64,000 nucleotides of DNA, from positions 448,001-512,000 of the forward strand of contig OZ242260.1 in NCBI GenBank assembly GCA_965207065.1, in the 5' to 3' direction. The notes below the pieces were generated by a model that saw only the letters and a list, made by a program, of their open reading frames with translations, did no database searches and was not told the origin of the DNA. The translations under genes and the position numbers were made by a program. The DNA comes from a bacterium (GTDB lineage: Bacteria; UBA8248). This document shows, in pieces, positions 10,095 through 22,139 of this stretch. The stretch's first letter is position 1. Each line of letters starts with the position of its first letter.

Positions 10095-10239
10095 GATAAG
10101 ACACCTCCTCGATAACTTTCATTCCGGCGCGCCGGACGCCATCCGCCGTAAGCCAGGCCTCTTCCACCCACTGAAACATCTCCTCGATGACTTTCACCCT
10201 GAAATGCCAAACATCCCCCCGTGCGCGGGGACATCCGGC

Positions 10240-10290
10240 AGTATAGAAGGCGGCGCGGGTTCGGGGGGTGCGGCAAATGCGGGCAAATGC
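10240..10290 (-). promoter_or_regulatory. Putative activator-dependent ('late') promoter of the gp26-gp27 operon
   Basis: Minus strand GCATTTGCCC-GCATTTGCCG, 25-bp spacer, TATACT; no -35 box. Confidence 0.65.
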
Positions 10291-10352
10291 AGGGCCTTTG
10301 CATTGAGAAAAAGACTTGCGGGTTGCACAATGCCGCCCGAGGAGGACGTACG

Positions 10353-10757
10353 ATGCGCTCCAGCGCGCCGACAACCGCCGCACTCGCCATACTCGCGCTA
10401 TGGTCCCTGGGACTTTCAGTCGCGCCGGCCTTCGGCCACGGGGAGGAGGAAATCCTCCTGTTCGCCTATCTGGCGGAAGAACGCAACCTGCTCAGGATCT
10501 CGACCGCCATCGTGGGCGGCATCATCCTGTCGATGGGCGCCTTCATCATCCAGCAATCACGCGCCGAGGCGAGGGAGAGCGACCGGGCCGAATTCACGGG
10601 CTTCCGGGTGATATTGCCGGGGCTGCTCGTCACCTGCCTGGGCGTCGGCGTGCTGTTCACGGCCGCCTTCATCCTGCCCGAGCAGATCAAGATCGTGCAC
10701 GACCATCCCCTGGAGCACGTCGAGACGAAAACCACGAAAAAAAGAAGCGGCCCGTGA
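10353..10757 (+). CDS. Hypothetical exported/membrane protein (signal peptide plus two hydrophobic helices)
   Basis: GAGGAGG RBS before ATG 10353; APAFG cleavage-like site; upstream TTGAGA-17-CACAAT. Confidence 0.6.
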   Translation: MRSSAPTTAALAILALWSLGLSVAPAFGHGEEEILLFAYLAEERNLLRISTAIVGGIILSMGAFIIQQSRAEARESDRAEFTGFRVILPGLLVTCLGVGVLFTAAFILPEQIKIVHDHPLEHVETKTTKKRSGP

Positions 10758-10826
10758 GGGTCGGGCATCCCCAGGGGAATGCCCGATGAAAGGGGCCTCT
10801 TTATTAGGGGTGGAGGGGACGCCCCT

Positions 10827-10971
10827 CTCTGCTGAAAAAAGCAACCCCCCCTACCCCCCCTTAACAGGGGGGTAAAGGCGATACCCCCCCGACGAGGGGG
10901 GTGGAAGAAAAGCCCCCCTGACAAGGGGGGTTGGGGGGTTACTCCTTTGACAAAGACTTTTCAACAACCCC
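10827..10971. mobile_element. MITE-like cassette with poly-C/poly-G hairpins
   Basis: Ends CTCTGCTGAAAAAAG and GACTTTTCAACAACCCC; internal CCCCCC-N-GGGGGG stems. Confidence 0.55.
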
Positions 10972-10996
10972 CAGGCCCTCCCCGCGCAAGCGTTTC

Positions 10997-11422
10997 TCAC
11001 CGCGTCTTTCCCGTGAGTTTCTCGACGGTGCGAAACGCGCCCAGACCCAGCATCCCCAGGGTGAGTTCGAGAAGTCCCTCCGCCGAGACGGGATAGGGCG
11101 CGAGCTCGCCGCTCATCAGCACCTGCCGCGTCCAGAGCCAGGCGCCCAGGGCGTACTGGGGGATGAAATAAAACGCGAGCGATACCCCGCAGGTCCACAG
11201 GATGAACGGCCTGCCGCCTGCGACGAACACGCTGCGGTGGGCGGCTTCGATTTTATTGATCTCGTTCTGGGCCTCTAAGGGCCGCATCATCAGCTTTTGC
11301 TTGATCGCCTCGGCCGCGCGCCGCTCATCGGGCGTTTCGACGAACCTGTCGATGACGTTGGCGACGCCCTCCGCCGCCGTGACGACGCCGCCGCCGATGA
11401 GCTTTTCCAAAAAGGCCATCAC
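10997..11422 (-). CDS. 3TM-type holin (GTA_holin_3TM / DUF3154-like)
   Basis: IDRFVETPDE, INKIEAAHRSVFVAG-x-RPFI-x-W, LGMLGLGAFRTVEK signature; overlaps the endolysin stop. Confidence 0.85.
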   Translation of the reverse strand: MMAFLEKLIGGGVVTAAEGVANVIDRFVETPDERRAAEAIKQKLMMRPLEAQNEINKIEAAHRSVFVAGGRPFILWTCGVSLAFYFIPQYALGAWLWTRQVLMSGELAPYPVSAEGLLELTLGMLGLGAFRTVEKLTGKTR

Positions 11423-11832
11423 GCGCTCCTCATGCTATCGGCGACCCTTCCCGCCCGCGCGGGGAGGTCCCTCGCGTAAACCGAATCGAGCGCCTCCGAT
11501 GCCGCGCGCGCATAATCCCCCTCCGCGAGCGCGGCCCACATCTTCCTGAACCCCAGGAGGTTCGGCACGCCCATGTTGTAGGCCATGTTCAAGACGGCGC
11601 GCCGTGCTCCGGGCCTCAGATTCTCGTACACCTCCCCCACACGCGAGTTTTCGAGTTCGCGCCCCATCAGAGACAGCCGATGCCGGAGGAGCAGTTCGGC
11701 TTCGGCTTCCGATATCCCGTCTTCGAGCAGCGTTCCGTAGCCGATGGTCTTCTTGCTCCTGGCGTCGAGATACACCACCGGCACGAAACCCTCCTCGCGC
11801 TTGATCTCCTCTACGAGCACGTCGGTGAGCAT
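11419..11832 (-). CDS. Phage endolysin, T4-lysozyme-like (GH24)
   Basis: EEG...YLD...TIGYG catalytic E/D/T pattern; NMAYNMG, FRKM, ALDS, RA-x-R. Confidence 0.9.
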   Translation of the reverse strand: MLTDVLVEEIKREEGFVPVVYLDARSKKTIGYGTLLEDGISEAEAELLLRHRLSLMGRELENSRVGEVYENLRPGARRAVLNMAYNMGVPNLLGFRKMWAALAEGDYARAASEALDSVYARDLPARAGRVADSMRSA

Positions 11833-12050
11833 GATTTCTCCTCATTCACAAGCGAATCCCCGGCTTTGGCCACCTGTTGCAGGACGCGCAGGAGCGCCGC
11901 CGCGCCCTTGCGCGCGCCCGAGCGTTGCGCATAAGCCTGACTCGAGGCCAGGACCCGTCCGTTCCTCGCACGAACGCGGAAGCGATGCCGACCGGATCTG
12001 TCCCGGAAAATCTCGACGGGGCGATGCTTCGCGTTCTTTACGGCCGCCAT
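11811..12050 (-). CDS. YegP/DUF1508 family protein
   Basis: EIFRDRSGRHRFRVRARNGRVLASSQAY...A-x-KG pattern. Confidence 0.75.
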   Translation of the reverse strand: MAAVKNAKHRPVEIFRDRSGRHRFRVRARNGRVLASSQAYAQRSGARKGAAALLRVLQQVAKAGDSLVNEEKSCSPTCS

Positions 12051-12187
12051 ACATAACCCCCCAGGAAAAAGCCCAGGCTCACGAGAAATGCGCCCACGGC
12101 GATGAGGCGCAGGACGGTATGTTTCTCCTTCGCCCAGCGCCACAGGAAGGCGTCCGTTCTTTTTTCGATTTCATTTTTCTCTGACAT
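12038..12187 (-). CDS. 49-aa single-pass membrane protein, first gene of the lysis operon (below the ORF-track cutoff)
   Basis: GAGGAG RBS, ATG 12187; MSEKNEIEKRTDAFLWRWAKEKHTVLRLIAVGAFLVSLGFFLGGYVWRP*; overlaps the next start. Confidence 0.7.
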   Translation of the reverse strand: MSEKNEIEKRTDAFLWRWAKEKHTVLRLIAVGAFLVSLGFFLGGYVWRP

Positions 12188-12253
12188 GACTCTCCTCTCT
12201 CAGATAGCGAAATCCCGCGCGCCGCCCGTGGGCGATGCGTCTCGACGTGAGAG

Positions 12254-12304
12254 ATTCTAGGCCTTGATCCCGCCGGGCCGATGACGGAAAATGCGGGCAA
12301 CTGC
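12254..12304 (-). promoter_or_regulatory. Putative activator-dependent ('late') promoter of the lysis operon
   Basis: Minus strand GCAGTTGCCC-GCATTTTCCG, 25-bp spacer, TAGAAT; same geometry as 10240-10290. Confidence 0.65.
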
Positions 12305-12465
12305 GGGGTGATGCGCGTTCGCCCGCCCGCGACAGGAAAAGAACGCGTCCCCCCGCGCCGGATGCGCCTCTCGACACCTTCATTCGTGACGCGCGAGGGA
12401 CGTTTGAACCCGTTAAGAAGACGATGCGCCAAGCAGCGCATGCCGCCAAGCACAGGAGATGAACC

Positions 12466-12954
12466 ATGAAAAAACTGACCGCCATCGCCCTCATCGCCGT
12501 ATTCAGCCTGGGACTCGCCGGGTGCCGCACCGATGGAAGCATGGACAAACAGACCGGCGGAGCGATTCTCGGCGGAATCGCGGGCGGTCTGATCGGCTCG
12601 AAGGTCGGCAAGGGCCGGGGCCGCAAGGCGGCAACCTTCGCAGGCGCGGTTCTCGGCGCCCTCGTGGGCAGCTCCATCGGAGCGCAACTCGACGAGCGCG
12701 ACCGCCTGCTGATGGGGCGCAACACGCAAAAAACCCTCGATCGCGGCAAGACGAACGTGGCCGGCGCATGGGTGAACCCCGACACGGGCAACCGGGGAAC
12801 CATTACGCCCAAGCGCACCTACCGGGTGCAGAGGGGCTCGACCACCCGCTATTGCCGCGAGTTCCAGCAGACCATCACGGTGGGCGGCAAGACCGAGCGC
12901 GCCTATGGCCGCGCCTGCCGGCAGCCCGACGGAAGCTGGAAAATCGTCAACTAG
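12466..12954 (+). CDS. Glycine-zipper lipoprotein, 17-kDa surface antigen (RT0821/Lpp0805) family
   Basis: Lipobox LAGC, glycine zipper, WVNPDTG, CREFQQTI, GRACRQPDGSW. Confidence 0.9.
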   Translation: MKKLTAIALIAVFSLGLAGCRTDGSMDKQTGGAILGGIAGGLIGSKVGKGRGRKAATFAGAVLGALVGSSIGAQLDERDRLLMGRNTQKTLDRGKTNVAGAWVNPDTGNRGTITPKRTYRVQRGSTTRYCREFQQTITVGGKTERAYGRACRQPDGSWKIVN

Positions 12955-13005
12955 GCCCGCGCCGCTCAAGGAATTACATTCGGTTTCGCCGGTGAGGTGC
13001 GTCTC

Positions 13006-13404
13006 ATGAAGAAGCGTATCTGCGCGAGCGTGGCGTTCATGTTCTTCGTATCCGGTTGCGCGGGTTCGGGGCCCAACCCGGTGGCGCGCTACACGCCTGC
13101 CGATGAGAAGCGAAACTGCGCCTCGCTCAAGTCGGAAATCAAGGCCATCAAGAAGGACATCGCGAAAAAGACGACCGAGCGAGAGAACAAGACGTTCCAG
13201 AACCTCACCCTGGGCGCTGCAGGCGTATTCCTGGTCGTTCCGTGGTTCTTCATGGATCTGAAGGGCAAGGAAGCGGGCGAGGCCGAAGCGCTCGAACACC
13301 GAAACGCCGCACTACGCCGGGTCGCCTTCGTCAAGGGTTGCAACGAGCCGCTTCCGGTCGTCACGCATCAGAGAAAGCCCAAAACGGAAGGAAAAGCGAA
13401 ATAG
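13006..13404 (+). CDS. Hypothetical lipoprotein
   Basis: Lipobox VSGC; D-x-x-x-x-C-x-x-L-x-x-E and PWFFMD segments; C-terminal KGC. Confidence 0.7.
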   Translation: MKKRICASVAFMFFVSGCAGSGPNPVARYTPADEKRNCASLKSEIKAIKKDIAKKTTERENKTFQNLTLGAAGVFLVVPWFFMDLKGKEAGEAEALEHRNAALRRVAFVKGCNEPLPVVTHQRKPKTEGKAK

Positions 13405-13487
13405 ACGCAAGCGCGGTTCGAGCCCCCTTTTCTGCTTTGCCTTATACCCTAGAAACATATTCGCCGCCGTACTACAGGGGTCACGTC

Positions 13488-14339
13488 ATGCCCAGAAACA
13501 ACTCAAAAAATCTTTTCATCAAGTCAATTTTCATCGCCGCCTTGATGCTCAGTTCAGTAAGTATCCCTCGCGCGGACGCCAGAGAATGCACCTATGGCCC
13601 CTACACGGGGCGCTGCCGCGACATCGGGCTCATGCGCTCGGTCAAGCGCGACGCGGAAAAACGCGTCTCCGCACGCTCCATCCTCTGGGTGGAGGCGGGC
13701 TATCTCTCGGCTGACGAGGCGAGCGATCTGCACCAAAGAATCGACGCAGGGATAGTGGCCGTCGAGAAGTTTCTGGGATTCAAGTTCTCACGCGAGGCCT
13801 ACGGGCAGGAGAAAATCGAGTTCTTCGTCCACAGCCGGCGCGCGCCCTCCCACACCATCACGGCCTACAGTCCGCGAAAATACATGCACCCCGTGGTGTT
13901 TCTCTCCTACGCCAAAGGAAAGAGAACGCCCTATCTCCACGAGACGGTCCACATCATCGCCTGGGACTGGAACACGCTCTGGTTGAAAGAAGGCCTGGCG
14001 GTTCACCTGAACGACCGCCTGGGCGGCTACGCCGCCTTCCCCAACTTCGGCGAGTCCGTGGATGTATTCGCGGGCCGGGTGCTCGCGCGCGAGTTTCCGC
14101 CCGCTACGAACGCGCTCGACCTGGTGGGCGAGAACGGAATTCCAAAATTCGGGGACCGGCGCGTGCGCCGCATGTTCTACATTCTCTCGGGCTCTTATGT
14201 GGCCTATCTCCTGCGCGAGTGGGGGGTGAGTAAGTTCATGCGCGTCTACGCCGCCAAGGACGCGGAGGCCGCGATCCTCAAAGAGACGGGAAAACCCGCG
14301 TGGCAGTGGAAGGAGGCGTGGCTGGGCGGGGTGAAGTAG
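13488..14339 (+). CDS. Secreted zinc metallopeptidase-like protein (clan MA)
   Basis: Signal peptide; HETVH followed by WLKEGLA (HEXXH plus downstream E). Confidence 0.65.
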   Translation: MPRNNSKNLFIKSIFIAALMLSSVSIPRADARECTYGPYTGRCRDIGLMRSVKRDAEKRVSARSILWVEAGYLSADEASDLHQRIDAGIVAVEKFLGFKFSREAYGQEKIEFFVHSRRAPSHTITAYSPRKYMHPVVFLSYAKGKRTPYLHETVHIIAWDWNTLWLKEGLAVHLNDRLGGYAAFPNFGESVDVFAGRVLAREFPPATNALDLVGENGIPKFGDRRVRRMFYILSGSYVAYLLREWGVSKFMRVYAAKDAEAAILKETGKPAWQWKEAWLGGVK

Positions 14340-14400
14340 GTCAATCCCGACCGGGGAGGGATTGTGAGTATCGAGAGAGGAATTGCGAATTCACCAAAAG

Positions 14401-14430
14401 AAAAGCCCCCCGGATTTCCCGAGGGGCTTT
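14401..14430. terminator. Bidirectional rho-independent terminator
   Basis: AAAAGCCCC...GGGGCTTT stem between convergent genes. Confidence 0.6.
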
Positions 14431-15169
14431 ATTTCATATCGGTCTTCTCTGCTAGAAGCCGGGGTCCTCGTCGTGTGTGTGGAGCATCGCTTGGTCTCCT
14501 TTCAGCGGCCAGGTAATTACAAAACCACCTAAGTGGTTGAAGTATTCCACTTCCGAGATAAATTTCAAGACCTTTGTAGAGACGGTTGCCCCTTCGGTTT
14601 CTCAGGTCTGCAATCCATGGCTCGAATACGTCATAATAGCGTAAGACATTTGTCTGAAACAGTTCGCGGATGATGGCTTCATTGACAAAGCCTTTATCGA
14701 CCAACACCGCCAAGTCTTCGAGATAATTCAAAACATTCGTTATGTTCAATTCGAGAATTTCATCATCCTTGATTTTCTCCTGTATTATTCTCAGCCTCTC
14801 CTCTCTCGGCTTGGCCGCTATGGGTTTGATCAGCCCGATGACGGCTTTTTTCGAGTCGAAAAAACTTGCGGTGTTCCATTCAGAGGTAAGGGACATCGTG
14901 CGGGTCATTTGCTCGGATTCCACATTCGCATAAACGCTTTGGGCAATATAAAAGGCGCTGACAATCGCGGCTGCGGCGCCGACGGCAATGGCGATAAACG
15001 TCGCCAACTCCTTATGAGCAGGCAAGAAGAAATAGACACCTACAATCACACCGACGAAGATAAAGGCAACCACGCCAATATGAACCGTGAACCTGCGCTC
15101 GAATTTAAGATTGAAATCGAATGCCTTGGAAACTTCTCTCGCCAATTGCGGACCCTCACACGGACACAA
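14429..15169 (-). CDS. DUF4760-like membrane protein, probably frameshifted near the C-terminus
   Basis: Two N-terminal TM helices, VLNYLEDLA...G-x-x-NE, FEPWI-x-x-x-R; visibly more AT-rich than flanks; start uncertain. Confidence 0.65.
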   Translation of the reverse strand: MCPCEGPQLAREVSKAFDFNLKFERRFTVHIGVVAFIFVGVIVGVYFFLPAHKELATFIAIAVGAAAAIVSAFYIAQSVYANVESEQMTRTMSLTSEWNTASFFDSKKAVIGLIKPIAAKPREERLRIIQEKIKDDEILELNITNVLNYLEDLAVLVDKGFVNEAIIRELFQTNVLRYYDVFEPWIADLRNRRGNRLYKGLEIYLGSGILQPLRWFCNYLAAERRPSDAPHTRRGPRLLAEKTDMK

Positions 15170-15344
15170 CCATCCGCCAACTAATTCGGGTCCTCTGGCA
15201 ACTCGTTTGAGTGGTTAATCGTGCGTCAACTATACCTTTTCGTCCGAAATCTCAACCTCACCCTGCATTGCTCCTGCCCAATAGCGATGGAATGGATTGT
15301 TGCTCCCTATCCATCAGCCACAACTCCACCTTGAGCAGTTGCAG

Positions 15345-15407
15345 CCCCTCCCTCATCAGCCGCAATCCCTCCCTGATCAGTCGCAACCCCTCCCTGATCA
15401 GTCGGGA
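15345..15407. repeat. Three imperfect 21-bp tandem repeats
   Basis: CCCCTCCCTCATCAGCCGCAA / TCCCTCCCTGATCAGTCGCAA / CCCCTCCCTGATCAGTCGGGA. Confidence 0.8.
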
Positions 15408-15411
15408 TTGA

Positions 15412-15801
15412 CTACTCCCGCATGCCGCCGAACTTCCATTCCAGATCGAGCGGGAAATCCTCCGTCATCTTCTCGACGTAGGCGAGCACGTCCTCGCGGC
15501 GGAAGCGCGCGCTTTTGAAGGAGGGGTGGTTCCCGGGCTGCCGGACGCCCGCGCGCGGTGGCGGGCGGCGCAGGTAGACGGGCCGGAGGCAGGGCGCGTC
15601 GCTCGCGCAGTCCTCGGCGATGATGGCGTCGAGCGTGCGGTAGCTCTTATAACCGAGCACCCTGGCGAGCATGGGCTTGGTGAGAAACGCCTCTTCCTCG
15701 AGAATGCGGCGCGGGGTTCTCGGATCGAGCGGGGCGTGTTTCGTTCGCCTCTTGCGCCGCTTGCCCGCAGTCGTCTTGTCGCGGGGCTTTCCGGGCGGCA
15801 T
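15412..15801 (-). CDS. Excisionase/MerR-type (HTH_17-like) DNA-binding protein, candidate activator
   Basis: FLTKPMLARVLGYKSYRTL helix-turn-helix and ARFRREDVLAYVE wing motif; basic N-terminus. Confidence 0.6.
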   Translation of the reverse strand: MPPGKPRDKTTAGKRRKRRTKHAPLDPRTPRRILEEEAFLTKPMLARVLGYKSYRTLDAIIAEDCASDAPCLRPVYLRRPPPRAGVRQPGNHPSFKSARFRREDVLAYVEKMTEDFPLDLEWKFGGMRE

Positions 15802-16046
15802 CAGCAGAGCGCCTCTGTGAGCGGCGTGAGAGATACGTCGCGGCGGCGGGTTCTCCTGGCCCTGATGAGGGCGTCGGCGCGGGCGCGGGCGGATTCTACG
15901 TTCGGGAAGATGAGGCTTACGCTTCTCTCGCGTGCGAGGTCGCGGTAGACGAGAAGCGCCGCCTCTTCGGGGACGCCGAAGCCCTCGTCCACCAGATCGG
16001 CCGGCGTGCGCTCATGGGTTCCGATGAAGGAGACGGCCTCGTTCAT
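15801..16046 (-). CDS. Small phage-like hypothetical protein
   Basis: GGAGG RBS; TGATG coupling to the HTH gene. Confidence 0.55.
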   Translation of the reverse strand: MNEAVSFIGTHERTPADLVDEGFGVPEEAALLVYRDLARERSVSLIFPNVESARARADALIRARRTRRRDVSLTPLTEALC

Positions 16047-16288
16047 GAAGACGCCCCTCCCGGGAACAGATGTGGCGCACTGCCGATGCGGCGCAATAAA
16101 AACCCGGATGACCCGCGCGGTCTTGAAGTTGCGATGGTTTCGGAGGGGGGCGCCTCGCGGGCGGTTCGAGACGCCGCGTTCGGTGGGGAAGAAGGTGGGG
16201 TATTGCGGGACGGATCATCCGGGCGAAGCGAAATTCCGAAAATATCGATAAATTTAGATAAATTGGCGGGGTTTTTCGATATATTCAC
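16043..16288 (-). CDS. Possible small leader protein (low complexity; may be non-coding)
   Basis: AAGGAG RBS before GTG and ATGA overlap with the next gene, but Pro/Ser-rich and overlapping a DNA motif. Confidence 0.3.
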   Translation of the reverse strand: MNISKNPANLSKFIDIFGISLRPDDPSRNTPPSSPPNAASRTAREAPPSETIATSRPRGSSGFLLRRIGSAPHLFPGGASS

Positions 16289-16385
16289 GTGATCTCCTTA
16301 ATTCCTTATAAGTAGCTCATAATAAAAGAGATAACCTGTTCATCCGCCTGTTCGCGATATTCTTATTCACATATCAGGCATCGGC

Positions 16386-16414
16386 AATATATCTATATAT
16401 AACTATAATGTCAA
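16386..16414 (-). promoter_or_regulatory. Near-consensus sigma70 promoter for the HTH operon
   Basis: TTGACA-17 bp-TATATT; overlapped by the inverted repeat ATATAT-CT-ATATAT. Confidence 0.7.
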
Positions 16415-16494
16415 CAAAATTATTCAGAAATAATTATTCGAGGAGTACGAACGGATAAATCATTGATCAGAAAGGAGATATGGAGGGAGTGGGG

Positions 16495-17379
16495 TTAGTC
16501 GAGTTCCCTGCCCAGAAGATCGATGAAGCGCCTCACGCCGCCGTGGAGGGGCTTGTCGCGCCTGTGGACGAGGCCCAAAGGCCGGATGATGCGCTCCCCC
16601 TCGAAGGGCAGCACCGCCAGCGTGTTCATGGCCCGCTCATTATGAACCGCCGAACCGGGCAGAATGCTCACCCAGGTGTCGATGAAGAGCGCTTCCTTGA
16701 TGCTCTCCACGTTGTCGAACTCCATCACGACTTCCACGCCCACACCCGCCTTGCGCAAGACCCTGTCAATCGCGTTTCGTATAGCGAGATCGGCATCGAA
16801 CGCCACGAAGGGCTCGCCCGCGAGGTCGGAAACCCTTACTGCGTGGCGAAATGCGAGCTGGTGCCCCGGATGCGAGACGAAGAACATGGGCTCCTCCTTG
16901 AAGGGCACGACCCGGAGCGCCTTGTCCCGCGGGGGGTAAGAGAGGATTCCGATGTCCGCCGTATCGTCCAGAACGGATTGCACCACCTTCTCGGGGTGGA
17001 GGCATTCAAGGCGAACACGCGCCTGGGGATACAGGGATCGGAACCGCTGCATGTAGGCGCCCATCTGGTGAAGCCCCACCGAGTAAATGGCAGCGACGTG
17101 CACATGGCCGTGCACCTCGCCGATGCCGTGTGATATTTCCGCGCAGACCTGGTCGAATTCCCCCAGCATCTTTCGGCACGCCTCGTAGAAGCGCGCGCCT
17201 TCTTCGGTGATGCCGAAGGGCCGCTTGCTCCTGTCGAGCAACACGACGCTCAAATCCCCCTCGAGCTGGCGAAGCGCCTGACTCGCTGCGGACTGGGTTA
17301 CGCCGCTTTGAGCGGCTCCCTTGGAAAAGCTTCTCTCCTGGATGATGCGACAATAAAGCCTCAAGGTTTCGGTATTCAT
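16495..17379 (-). CDS. LysR-family transcriptional regulator, divergent from gltBD
   Basis: SFSKGAAQSGVTQSAASQALRQLE HTH plus LysR substrate-binding domain. Confidence 0.93.
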   Translation of the reverse strand: MNTETLRLYCRIIQERSFSKGAAQSGVTQSAASQALRQLEGDLSVVLLDRSKRPFGITEEGARFYEACRKMLGEFDQVCAEISHGIGEVHGHVHVAAIYSVGLHQMGAYMQRFRSLYPQARVRLECLHPEKVVQSVLDDTADIGILSYPPRDKALRVVPFKEEPMFFVSHPGHQLAFRHAVRVSDLAGEPFVAFDADLAIRNAIDRVLRKAGVGVEVVMEFDNVESIKEALFIDTWVSILPGSAVHNERAMNTLAVLPFEGERIIRPLGLVHRRDKPLHGGVRRFIDLLGRELD

Positions 17380-17564
17380 GAAAAAAGACTACAGTATAAA
17401 TAAATCTAATGCAATATATTAAAAATTTTAGTTTGTCTTATTATTTAATGCGTGTTATACTCAAAGTCCGTTTCATGGAAATCATCATGCGAGGTCCATA
17501 AGACGCTCTCAGGAGTTCCCCGGAGAATGGGCAAACGGGGAGTTTTCCTGAAATTTCTCTCAGA

Positions 17565-22131
<4,567 letters not shown>

Positions 22132-22139
<8 letters not shown>

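Noticed and set aside
12079-13299. 406-aa minus-strand ORF and similar long antisense ORFs (e.g. 43655-45283, 5419-6912)
   Set aside because: Shadows of well-supported genes on the opposite strand in GC-rich DNA, with no recognisable motifs.
8467-16414. Complete inducible prophage
   Set aside because: No transposase or integrase, repressor, large terminase, portal, capsid or tail module, and no att sites recognised.
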